DNA of 22,999 nt from Candidatus Pacearchaeota archaeon (GCA_018304175.1 JAGVWT010000007.1:1-22999), one strand, 5' to 3'; numbered from the stretch's first letter, positions 1 through 8,537 are shown. The notes: generated by a model from the letters alone, not told the origin. Numbers and translations are program-made.

Positions 1-2
1 CA

Positions 3-722
3 ATGAGGCGTGATTGCGACGGAGATGAAGCAGCAGTGATGTTATTAACAGATGTTTTATTAAATTTCTCTCTTGAATTTCTTCCAAAACATCGAGGAGG
101 AACACAAGATGCTCCATTAGTCTTGAATGCAAAAATCAGCGCAGGAGAAGTTGATGACCAGATACTTGATTTCGAGTTTACAAATGAGCATGGATCTTAT
201 CCTTTGGAACTTTACAGACTCGCAGAACAGAGAAAGCATTCTTCAGAAGTAAAAATATACAATGTTAGAAAAGCATTGAAGGAAGATAAAGACCCTTTCA
301 CAAATATTGGTTTTACTCATAACACTTTAAATATAAACGAAGGGGTTTTATGTTCCTCATACAAATCACTTGTAACAATGTCTGATAAACTTCAACATCA
401 GATGAATCTTGTGGAAAAAATACGTGCGGCAGATACCGCTGATACAGCTAGATTAGTAGTTGATAAACATTTCATAAAAGACATAAGGGGAAATTTGAGG
501 AAATTCTCGACGCAGAGTTTTAGGTGTGTTGTTTGCAACGAATCAATAAGGAGGATTCCTTTAACAGGAGTTTGCCCTGCTTGCAACGGCAAAATAATTT
601 TTACTGTGAATGAAGGTGGGATTAAAAAATATCTTGAGCCTGCTATTGAGTTAGTTGAGAAATATAGTAATTCTCCTTACTTAAAACAGAACCTAGATTT
701 AATAAAAGTTTTAAACTTTTAA
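3..722 (+). CDS. polC: DNA polymerase II (PolD) large subunit DP2, C-terminal part (gene starts upstream of the window)
   Basis: DP2 catalytic motif RRDCDGDE; RGGxxDAPLVL; C-terminal Zn finger FRCVVCNE...GVCPACNG followed by KIIFTVNEGGIKKYLEPA. The ATG at 3 is internal. Confidence 0.95.
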   Translation: MRRDCDGDEAAVMLLTDVLLNFSLEFLPKHRGGTQDAPLVLNAKISAGEVDDQILDFEFTNEHGSYPLELYRLAEQRKHSSEVKIYNVRKALKEDKDPFTNIGFTHNTLNINEGVLCSSYKSLVTMSDKLQHQMNLVEKIRAADTADTARLVVDKHFIKDIRGNLRKFSTQSFRCVVCNESIRRIPLTGVCPACNGKIIFTVNEGGIKKYLEPAIELVEKYSNSPYLKQNLDLIKVLNF

Positions 723-795
723 GTTCTAACAAACTTTTAAAAATGAAATTTTATTTTTTCTCTGAAAATCTATAAAAGGGTGTTAAAAGAATAAT

Positions 796-1029
796 ATGTA
801 CAGGCAACTTGAACTTAATTTATATGGTGGAATAAATACAAATATGGTTCTACTTAATGAAATTAATAATAATGGTGATGTAGGGCATCTTGAGGGGATG
901 TTGGAAGAAATTAATTCAAATAATAATATGTCACAGCAAGAGAGGGGGTATTTTTATAATAAAATACGTAACAGGGTTAAAGAATTAAAATGGGAAGTAG
1001 ATTTAGGTAATGGTTTATTAAGCAAATAA
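796..1029 (+). CDS. Small hypothetical protein (77 aa, Asn-rich)
   Basis: ATG-initiated ORF filling the gap between polC and the convergent tctA-like gene; TATA-like ctataaaa about 20-25 nt upstream; 12-nt 3' overlap with the next gene. No family recognised. Confidence 0.45.
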   Translation: MYRQLELNLYGGINTNMVLLNEINNNGDVGHLEGMLEEINSNNNMSQQERGYFYNKIRNRVKELKWEVDLGNGLLSK

Positions 1030-2214
1030 GTAAAATAAAATAACAGGGACTATCAAACATCCCATCATGTTTGTTCTTCTGACTTTTAGGGATATTGAGT
1101 AAATTCCTGTAAGCGTTGAAATTATCAAAACTGCTAAGCCAAAAAATCCTGAGACAAGAAAAACAATAATCACAAGTAAAATTAGTGTTACTATTGAGAT
1201 TTTTGTATAGTTTACTTTTTCCATTTTTTGAGAGAAAAAAATTGTGATATATTTGACAATAAAGAAAGAGATTATACCACTAATTATAATCGCTACAATT
1301 ATCAAAATAAGTATGTTTTCCGTGATGCTTCCTAAAATTTCCTGAACAGCAACGGCAGCGCCTGTACGAGTACGAGAGATTATGTAAAGAGTTATGAATG
1401 AAAATCCCATAACTAAAGTGTTTGTTGCTCCGAGCAAAACTAAAAATCCTTTAATGTCTGTTTGTGAAATGCTGTTTCCAATAATTGCTGCTTGTCCTGA
1501 ACCTAATCCCGGTAAGAAACTGCAAATCGGCGACGCGATTACTGCACCAAGCAAAGGTTTTAATATTTTTGTTTTAGGTTTAGTAATCTTTTGTTTAGGA
1601 ATCTTGGTTTTATTTCTTATGCTGATTAAAAGCATCGAGCTTCCAAAAAGTCCTGTTAGAAGAGGTAGTAAAAATTTATCTGAATTTTCAAAAGTATTCA
1701 AAACACTAAAACCCAGAAAGCCAGAAATCAAAAAAACAAATAATGCTTTAAATTTGTATTTTTCAGAGAACACTAAAGCAAAAGAAACAGCAACTAAAAG
1801 AAAAGGTATTATTTCTTTTATGATATCAAATGTTTTTGAAATTAAAATTATTGAAGGATATGAAATCAACGCGAGAATAAAAACAGCTGCTAAACTCCCG
1901 TAATTTGTGAGCATTACTGCTTCGTAGCCTTTTCCTTTAATTAACAATTCATGTCCTGGTAAAATACTTAATTCTGTATCTGTATCTGGGCAACCTAAAA
2001 ACACAGAAGGAATAAAATCAACAAACGTGTGCGTAATTGCCATTGAGACAATAAAAACAGCAATGTAAATCGGATTTATCTGATAAAGGGTACTTGTTGC
2101 TGTCAAGGAAATTAAAATCGCACCAATAAGATTAACATGAATCCCGGGGATTAAGCCTGTGAAAGTTCCAGCGATAACCCCGGCAAATAATATAACAAGT
2201 ATTTCAATGAGCAT
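1018..2214 (-). CDS. tctA: Tripartite tricarboxylate transporter TctA-family permease (archaeal DUF112/COG1784 type)
   Basis: Polytopic hydrophobic protein with GTFTGLIPGIHVN in the N-half and its internal-repeat counterpart ICSFLPGLGSGQAA in the C-half, plus ELSILPGH. These are typical of TctA-like proteins. Confidence 0.8.
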   Translation of the reverse strand: MLIEILVILFAGVIAGTFTGLIPGIHVNLIGAILISLTATSTLYQINPIYIAVFIVSMAITHTFVDFIPSVFLGCPDTDTELSILPGHELLIKGKGYEAVMLTNYGSLAAVFILALISYPSIILISKTFDIIKEIIPFLLVAVSFALVFSEKYKFKALFVFLISGFLGFSVLNTFENSDKFLLPLLTGLFGSSMLLISIRNKTKIPKQKITKPKTKILKPLLGAVIASPICSFLPGLGSGQAAIIGNSISQTDIKGFLVLLGATNTLVMGFSFITLYIISRTRTGAAVAVQEILGSITENILILIIVAIIISGIISFFIVKYITIFFSQKMEKVNYTKISIVTLILLVIIVFLVSGFFGLAVLIISTLTGIYSISLKVRRTNMMGCLIVPVILFYLFA

Positions 2215-2286
2215 AATTAATCTTAATTTTGAATTTTAAAACTATTCTTGTGTTGTAGAATATACTCCTTTTGAACTATGTTGTCA

Positions 2287-2339
2287 AAATCAGAAATTTT
2301 TATAAACTCATTTTGTTTATTTGAAGGGTTTAAAAGAGG
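2287..2339 (+). promoter_or_regulatory. BRE/TATA promoter plus RBS, copy 1 of a duplicated cassette
   Basis: aaatcagaaatttttataaactcattttgttta (2287-2319) is identical over 33 bp to 4041-4073. It contains BRE-like cagaaa and TATA tttataaa, followed by ttaaaagagg (2330-2339) just before ATG 2345. Confidence 0.8.
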
Positions 2340-2344
2340 GATTC

Positions 2345-3946
2345 ATGAATAAAATAATTTCTTACAATAAAAATTTTTTTCTTAGTTTTACATTCATTTT
2401 TTTAATTTTTGTTATGTCAATTTTTTCTGTCTCATTAGTTTATTCGAAAGATATTTCTGGTCAATCAATTAATGATGTTATAAGTGTTGAACTAAAACAT
2501 ATGGGGCTTTTTGATGGTATTTTCAGTTCAATAAGAGATGCGTTCAGAAAAATAACTAGGGAATCACCGCCTCCAACTGAGCCTATACCCATTCCGACTT
2601 CCCCAAGTTTAGTATATCCTGCAGCACGAATCTCTCCAGTTTCTCTTTCTAAAGATGAATTTATTTCAATTTTAAGTGAGAATGGTCCTAATACTCCTTA
2701 TCACACTGCATCTCAGGTTCTTAGTTCTGGTGTAAGTGCGGATGTTTTAAAAATAATTCAGACAACTAATACAGAATATCCTTACATAGGTCTTTTCCAT
2801 AATTATATTGGTAATGGATTATTTGAAGTCAATCTTGCGCATTCTCCTGACCTTAAAACTTGGACAACACTTTCTCAAATAGAAACAGCAGCGGGTATGC
2901 CGGATACAGTAATAATGCCGGATAACAGCGTAATTTATGCACATGAGCGTAATCCGTCGGGAAATCGCCCTTACATTGAAGTAAGATATTACCAAACTCT
3001 TTCAGGATTTTTATCAAATCCAAAATCACCTACGAAAAGTATTAACTTACCCTTCACAGCTGATGCATCTGCCGATGGAACACCCCAATTTGCTCGCATA
3101 GGTTATAATGGAAATATCTCTAATTCAGTGATTGAAATTTCATATCATTATTTTGAAGGAAGTATAAAGGATCAACAAGGATTTGGTACTTTGACAAATT
3201 TTAATAGTTGGTCCGGAAGTCCTGATGCGCAATTAAACACTGCGATGGCAAATCTTGGATATAATCATGTTGGAGATAGAGAATGGTTTAAAATTGATTC
3301 AAATGTTTATGAACTATTTGAAGCACGTCCATCCATATCTTCCGGTTGGGATTCTTGGAGAATTTTTTTGCTTGACAAAAATACAAATCAAATAACTCCA
3401 CTTTCCCCAAATATTTCAGGAGGAGCTTATTCTCTTGGAAATCCTTCGGGTTCTTTCATAAAACTTCCCGACGGCAAATCTGCATTGGTATTTGGATATT
3501 TTCTTTTTAGTGAAGGAGCCCAGAACACACTTCCAGGTCAGCATGTTTATGTTTATCCCCTTGTCGCTAATGAAACATCTCCTACTGAACCTATACCACA
3601 ACCCCCACAAAATGAAACACCAACAGAACCTGCACCAACCCCGGAGCCTCCACCATCCACACAGACAGGGTTACCCTCATGCATTATCACAACAGATAAA
3701 CAAACATATATTGTTGGTGAAAAAGTTATTCTTACTTGGACTAGCCAAAATGCAGTAGACATAAGTTGGGTAAGAAATAGTGCTACAACTGTTCTCAAGC
3801 TTTATGCCTTTGAAGATTTAGAGTTAAGCGGATCAAAGGAAGGAATAGCGCGCATTGCAAGAACAATTTCACCGACGTTAAAGGTTGAAGGTAGTGGTGG
3901 ACAAACTTCTACATGTTCCACAACAATTACAATAAACAAAAATTAA
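2345..3946 (+). CDS. Secreted multidomain protein: signal peptide, glycosidase-like beta-propeller domain, Pro/Thr linkers, C-terminal Ig/PKD-like domain
   Basis: ATG 2345 is preferred to TTG 2321 because the RBS lies just upstream. Hydrophobic N-terminus; AHSPDLKTW propeller-blade-like motif; PPPTEPIPIP and PTEPIPQPP...PEPPPS linkers flank the central domain; C-terminal PSCIITTDKQTYIVGEKVILTWTSQNA...STCSTTITI beta-sandwich. Confidence 0.8.
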   Translation: MNKIISYNKNFFLSFTFIFLIFVMSIFSVSLVYSKDISGQSINDVISVELKHMGLFDGIFSSIRDAFRKITRESPPPTEPIPIPTSPSLVYPAARISPVSLSKDEFISILSENGPNTPYHTASQVLSSGVSADVLKIIQTTNTEYPYIGLFHNYIGNGLFEVNLAHSPDLKTWTTLSQIETAAGMPDTVIMPDNSVIYAHERNPSGNRPYIEVRYYQTLSGFLSNPKSPTKSINLPFTADASADGTPQFARIGYNGNISNSVIEISYHYFEGSIKDQQGFGTLTNFNSWSGSPDAQLNTAMANLGYNHVGDREWFKIDSNVYELFEARPSISSGWDSWRIFLLDKNTNQITPLSPNISGGAYSLGNPSGSFIKLPDGKSALVFGYFLFSEGAQNTLPGQHVYVYPLVANETSPTEPIPQPPQNETPTEPAPTPEPPPSTQTGLPSCIITTDKQTYIVGEKVILTWTSQNAVDISWVRNSATTVLKLYAFEDLELSGSKEGIARIARTISPTLKVEGSGGQTSTCSTTITINKN

Positions 3947-4040
3947 TTTCGAAAATTTCAGTTTTAAAATTAATTTTATGATATGATGTGCATTTATGAT
4001 ATACATTTAATTTAGTTCAGAGATTTTAAGCATAGGATAG

Positions 4041-4092
4041 AAATCAGAAATTTTTATAAACTCATTTTGTTTAAGTATTAAATTAAAAGAGG
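4041..4092 (+). promoter_or_regulatory. BRE/TATA promoter plus RBS, copy 2 of the duplicated cassette
   Basis: 4041-4073 is identical to 2287-2319; ttaaaagagg at 4083-4092 precedes ATG 4101. Confidence 0.8.
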
Positions 4093-4100
4093 CGAAGGGA

Positions 4101-7100
4101 ATGTATTTTGAGCACAGTAAATTTTTTTTAGTTTCACAGTTGTTTTTTTTAACCTTGGTTATGCTTGTTTTTTCTGTTTCAATTGTCCTTTCTCAAGAAG
4201 ATGCAGTTGATTCTGTTATAAGTGACTCTATTGACGAAGAATTAGTGTGTGTGTCTTGTGGGAATAGCTGTATATCATCTGATGTTGCTGCAGTATCATT
4301 TTGTTCCCCACCGACGAATGGAGAGCCAATTTGTGGTGCTGAAAATGGGGAATGTATTGTTCTAGGTTACGAAGAAGTCGAACTTGAAGAAGGATCTTGC
4401 GCAGATGGTGAAGTTTATGATTTTTTTACAGATAGTTGCTCTCTTGCTGAAGAAATTGAATTGAATGTTGAGCCTCCAGGATTTCTTGATTTTTTTACAG
4501 ATAGAATAAAGATTATACTTGCCGACGAGAATACAAAAGCAGAACTTGTAGCAGAAGTAACTGCTAAGAGGATTGTGGCTTTTGAGGATGCTATTGAAGC
4601 AGGAGATTATGCTGCAGCCAGGAATGCCGCTGAAGATATCAGACAAGGACTTGGTGAAGGGGGAAGATACATAGAAGAATTTGGTCCTGGGCCAGAAAGT
4701 TATAGCTATGAAGATTTACAAAACGGAAGAGGCGCATATTATGATTTCTATCACACAAAAGGACTTTGGGTTCAGACAATAGATATGGTTTCTGAAGGAA
4801 AAAATATGCTCCTAGCAAAAGTTGAATCTGGTGAAATTTCACAAGAAGATGCAGATAGAATTTTAAGAGAAATTTCCGAAGGTGAAGTCTCTCCAATAAT
4901 TGCATTTGAAAAAAAACAAGATGAGATAATTGATTATATATATGAAAATTCTCAAGGTGAAGTAACAAAACTAGAAATAGAAATGGGCATTGCAAGCAAT
5001 AATGAAAAGACAGGACTTGAGACATATTACCAAGTTCCATTTTCAGATATTGCTTATGATAAATATGTGCTTGATGCATATTATGATGAAATTTCTAATA
5101 GTCCTGATTTGGAATTCAGGGATGTTACAGACTATTATGAAACAGCAAGATTGAATCTGCAGTTTGCAGAAAATGCAATGGTTAATGGAGATTACGAAGA
5201 TGCGTATACTTACTATCATGAATGCTCTTATTTGATTGACGCTATTGGGAATTATGTTGATGATGGAACTGCAGGATTGCAGGAATTCGATGAGGATGTA
5301 GCAAACATTGAAGAAATAAACAGGGAAATTGAGGAAGAAAGTTTGGAGTTGTTTAATGATTACACTACACTTAAAGAAGAAGGAAAACTAGATGATTTAG
5401 AAGAAGAAAATCCAGGTCTTGTTGCAGAGTTGGAAGCACAATATTCTCAAGCAGAAGAAATCGTCAATCTTCAAGAAAAAATCGATAGCGAGTTTTATGA
5501 TGCTCGATATGAAAGTTTAATCCAAGATGGAATGAGTGAAGAGGAAGCAAAAGCAAAGATGGAAGAAGTGATTTCTGAATCTTATTATTATATAAGCGGC
5601 GGAAAATATTTTCCTGTTGGTTATGTTGATATTTCTGAAAACGAAGAAGGGGGTCTTGTCTATGAGTACAGTGGCGGATTTCCAAAAAGCATGAATATTA
5701 GAGATGATGCAAATGAAATAACTTTTAGATTTGGTAATAATGGTTATAGTTGGACAGACCCATTAACTGGAGAGAGATATACAAACTCTCATCCTGGGGA
5801 TTATGATCCTATGAGAATTCAGCATGGGGATGAAGTTTTCACAAATAATGTAGAAACATCTGATGGAACATACACTTATGAATACACAATGTTTGGCTAC
5901 AAAATTACAGAGCCAGATGGAACAGAAACAGAAATAGTTTATGGTAACACTGCAGCAAGCACCCAATTTGTCGGCGGATCTATTGTAACGTTTTCTCCTT
6001 TTGGCGCAGATATAACATCTCAAGGACAAACAACGCGTTGGACCGGAAATCCTGTATTTGGAAATATGATTGATATTGCAACTGGAAAATATTTCAATCC
6101 AGATGTTTCTCACATGGAAAATGCGGTTTATAATGAAGAGGAAGGAGTTTATGAGTATGCTGTTGGTCCTAATCTTTGGAAATTTAATCCTGAGACAAAT
6201 GTTTTCAGCAACGAAGATGGAACTGTAGAAACTTCTATCCCTACAATTCCTGAAATGCCTATCGGAAAAGAAAGTGAAGAAATAATTTTGGATGATGGAA
6301 CAGAATGGAATTTCAATGATGCAGATGAAACCTGGGAAAAAACCACTGCCGACGGAACTGTTGAAGAATTTGTTCCTGCTCCAAATAATTATTATATAAG
6401 TTCTTTAGTTGATCCATTGTTTATTGCTGACGAAGAAGGTAGTAGTTATGTTGATGTATATGGAAAAGTGGTCGAAGAAGTTATATTTGATGATAGAGGC
6501 TGGAAGCAGAATGAATTAGGAAATTGGGTTTCAGAGGAGGGCTACACATATTATCCTCAATCAACAGAAGTTGTTGGAAGTGGTTTGAATTACGGAAAAG
6601 TTTATGATAATGAAGGAAATATTATAAAAGAAAACACGGTAAGTGGAGGTAAATATATTTGGGATCCTGCAACAAGAGCTAATAGATGGGTTCCTATAGA
6701 AGGACTTTTAACTTATGATCCTGCAAATCCATCAAAGTATGAAGTAGCTGATGCCGACGGAGGTATTTTGGCAACATGGATTCAGAATAAAGATGGAAGA
6801 TGGCAGATAGAAGGTTCTGGAGAAGGAGAAGGATATTATGGTTATGAAAATTACAGAAGAGATTTCACAGATTATTCAGGAGTTAGTACTCCTACTGGAA
6901 CAACTTTCACTGCTCCAGGTAGAGAAGGCGGTGGTGTTTATACAAAGACAGAAGATGGATGGCTGAGTCCTTATGGTTATACAGTCGGAACCCCTCCAGG
7001 ATATGGAAGTAATTATGGATATTATTCAAGTTATTATTCAGGAGGAAATTTGGCATCTATTGGGACTAGTGTTGTTGTCGAAGGAAAAACATATACAGTT

Positions 7101-8537
7101 ACTGCAGAAAAAGGCTGGACAGATGAAAACGGAAATGCTGTTCCACCTCCTCCAGGACACCCAAGCTCAGTCGTTGGTGTTATGGGATATGATTATCGTG
7201 CACCAGGAGATTATGGTTATGGATATGAATATACTCCTCATTCTGGAGGGTATAACAATGAATATTATGGCTACGGTGCTAACAAGAACTATAATTATAT
7301 TGAAAATGGAGAAGCATATTATTTCCCTCCAGGAGTAGACCCATTAAGTGTTGTGAATAAAGAATCTTACAAAATAACTGATGCATATGGTTATGACCCT
7401 GCATTTGGAACAGACTTCGGAGCACCAACAACACAAGGAAGAGATTATTATAGTTATTATGGTGGAAGTTATGGGCATGTAAAAGATTCTACGACAGGAG
7501 AGTGGAGACAAGCAACAAAAGAAGAAGCAGAAGTAGCAATGACATCTAATGATCCTAACTTCTCTCCTCCAGGAGGATGGACTACTGCTTATTCAGGAGG
7601 ATATAATAATTTTGCAGGAGGTTATTATTCCTATTCCAGCGCAGGAGGTTATTTTGATTCAAGTGGAAATTATGTAAGCGGAGGTGATTATACCGGAGGT
7701 GGGGGGTATGATTCATCAGGAAATTACGTCGGTGGTGAATATGGAGGTTATGATTCATCAGGAAATTACGTCGGTGGTGAAAGTTATACTTATAACGCCG
7801 AGACAGGAACTTATTCTTATACAGGAGGAAGTACAGGAAGTGGAAGTGGTTATGGATACACAGGAGGAAGCTATCCAGGTAGTTATGGAGGTTACTATGA
7901 TTCATCAGGAAACTATGTAAGTGGAGGAAGCTATCCAGGATATTATGGAGGGTATTATGATTCGTCAACGGGAAGTTATGTTGGAGCAACAGGTTGTACT
8001 GGTGGTGCATGTCCTGTTACCGGAGAACCTTATGGAAGTTATAGCGGAGGATATTATGACTCTTCAGGAAATTATGTAAGTAGTGGAAGTTATAGCGGAG
8101 GATATTATGACTCTTCAGGAAATTATGTAAGCGGAGGAAGTTATAGCGGAGGATATTATGACTCTTCAGGAAATTATGTAAGCGGAGGAAGTTATAGCGG
8201 AGGATATGATTCTGCAACAGGAACTTATGGATATTATTCTGGAGGAAGTTACTATACTGGGGGAGGAGGTTATGATTCTTCAGGAAACTACGTCGGTGGT
8301 GAATATGGAGGTTATGATTCAAGTGGAACTTATACTGGTGGAGAAACTTATAGTGGAAGTGAAAGCACAACAACAAGCGATGGCAGTACAAGTAGTAGCA
8401 CAACAACAAGCGATAGTGGGGGAGGCGATAGTAGCGGTGGAACAACAGGAGGAGTAGTCGCTGAAATTAAAAAAGGAGAGCAATTGTCTCTCGGAGATTT
8501 TTTAAGAGATTTTTTCAACAATTTTTTTAGTGAGTGA
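4101..8537 (+). CDS. Giant acidic secreted/surface protein (1478 aa): Cys-rich N-domain, DUF5667-like helical region, beta-hairpin-rich middle, Tyr/Gly/Ser repeats, C-terminal amphipathic helix
   Basis: 4.4-kb uninterrupted ORF; signal peptide ending VLS-QE; 8-Cys cluster near the N-terminus; EPPGFLDFFTDRIK...KAELVAEVTAKRI helical motif; repeated GGYYDSSGNYV; ends LGDFLRDFFNNFFSE. Confidence 0.9.
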   Translation: MYFEHSKFFLVSQLFFLTLVMLVFSVSIVLSQEDAVDSVISDSIDEELVCVSCGNSCISSDVAAVSFCSPPTNGEPICGAENGECIVLGYEEVELEEGSCADGEVYDFFTDSCSLAEEIELNVEPPGFLDFFTDRIKIILADENTKAELVAEVTAKRIVAFEDAIEAGDYAAARNAAEDIRQGLGEGGRYIEEFGPGPESYSYEDLQNGRGAYYDFYHTKGLWVQTIDMVSEGKNMLLAKVESGEISQEDADRILREISEGEVSPIIAFEKKQDEIIDYIYENSQGEVTKLEIEMGIASNNEKTGLETYYQVPFSDIAYDKYVLDAYYDEISNSPDLEFRDVTDYYETARLNLQFAENAMVNGDYEDAYTYYHECSYLIDAIGNYVDDGTAGLQEFDEDVANIEEINREIEEESLELFNDYTTLKEEGKLDDLEEENPGLVAELEAQYSQAEEIVNLQEKIDSEFYDARYESLIQDGMSEEEAKAKMEEVISESYYYISGGKYFPVGYVDISENEEGGLVYEYSGGFPKSMNIRDDANEITFRFGNNGYSWTDPLTGERYTNSHPGDYDPMRIQHGDEVFTNNVETSDGTYTYEYTMFGYKITEPDGTETEIVYGNTAASTQFVGGSIVTFSPFGADITSQGQTTRWTGNPVFGNMIDIATGKYFNPDVSHMENAVYNEEEGVYEYAVGPNLWKFNPETNVFSNEDGTVETSIPTIPEMPIGKESEEIILDDGTEWNFNDADETWEKTTADGTVEEFVPAPNNYYISSLVDPLFIADEEGSSYVDVYGKVVEEVIFDDRGWKQNELGNWVSEEGYTYYPQSTEVVGSGLNYGKVYDNEGNIIKENTVSGGKYIWDPATRANRWVPIEGLLTYDPANPSKYEVADADGGILATWIQNKDGRWQIEGSGEGEGYYGYENYRRDFTDYSGVSTPTGTTFTAPGREGGGVYTKTEDGWLSPYGYTVGTPPGYGSNYGYYSSYYSGGNLASIGTSVVVEGKTYTVTAEKGWTDENGNAVPPPPGHPSSVVGVMGYDYRAPGDYGYGYEYTPHSGGYNNEYYGYGANKNYNYIENGEAYYFPPGVDPLSVVNKESYKITDAYGYDPAFGTDFGAPTTQGRDYYSYYGGSYGHVKDSTTGEWRQATKEEAEVAMTSNDPNFSPPGGWTTAYSGGYNNFAGGYYSYSSAGGYFDSSGNYVSGGDYTGGGGYDSSGNYVGGEYGGYDSSGNYVGGESYTYNAETGTYSYTGGSTGSGSGYGYTGGSYPGSYGGYYDSSGNYVSGGSYPGYYGGYYDSSTGSYVGATGCTGGACPVTGEPYGSYSGGYYDSSGNYVSSGSYSGGYYDSSGNYVSGGSYSGGYYDSSGNYVSGGSYSGGYDSATGTYGYYSGGSYYTGGGGYDSSGNYVGGEYGGYDSSGTYTGGETYSGSESTTTSDGSTSSSTTTSDSGGGDSSGGTTGGVVAEIKKGEQLSLGDFLRDFFNNFFSE
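7689..8351 (+). repeat. Dispersed in-frame 99-bp duplication (7689-7787 and 8253-8351)
   Basis: YTGGGGYDSSGNYVGGEYGGYDSSGNYVGGESY vs YTGGGGYDSSGNYVGGEYGGYDSSGTYTGGETY: 30 of 33 aa identical, with several synonymous DNA differences. Confidence 0.9.
8034..8207 (+). repeat. In-frame 51-bp tandem repeat, about 3.4 copies (17-aa unit GSYSGGYYDSSGNYVSG)
   Basis: Unit ggaagttatagcggaggatattatgactcttcaggaaattatgtaagcgga starts at 8034, 8085 and 8136, with a partial copy at 8187-8207. Only unit 1 differs (agtagt vs agcgga at its end). Confidence 0.95.

Noticed and set aside
8034-8207. 51-bp direct repeats as a CRISPR array
   Set aside because: Units are contiguous with no unique spacers, are a multiple of 3, lie inside a long ORF, and there are no cas genes.
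7689-8351. 99-bp near-duplicate as a DGR template/variable repeat pair
   Set aside because: Differences are mostly synonymous and not adenine-specific, both copies are internal to one ORF, and no reverse transcriptase is in the window.
7582-8445. Antisense ORFs 7582-8010 and 8017-8445 with His/Asn/Leu repeats
   Set aside because: They are reverse-complement shadows of the Gly/Tyr/Ser codon repeats of the + strand gene.
4101-8537. RHS/YD polymorphic toxin
   Set aside because: YDSSGN resembles YD hairpins, but there is no RHS core (PxxxxDPxG), no C-terminal toxin domain and no immunity gene; spacing is Gly-rich and low-complexity.
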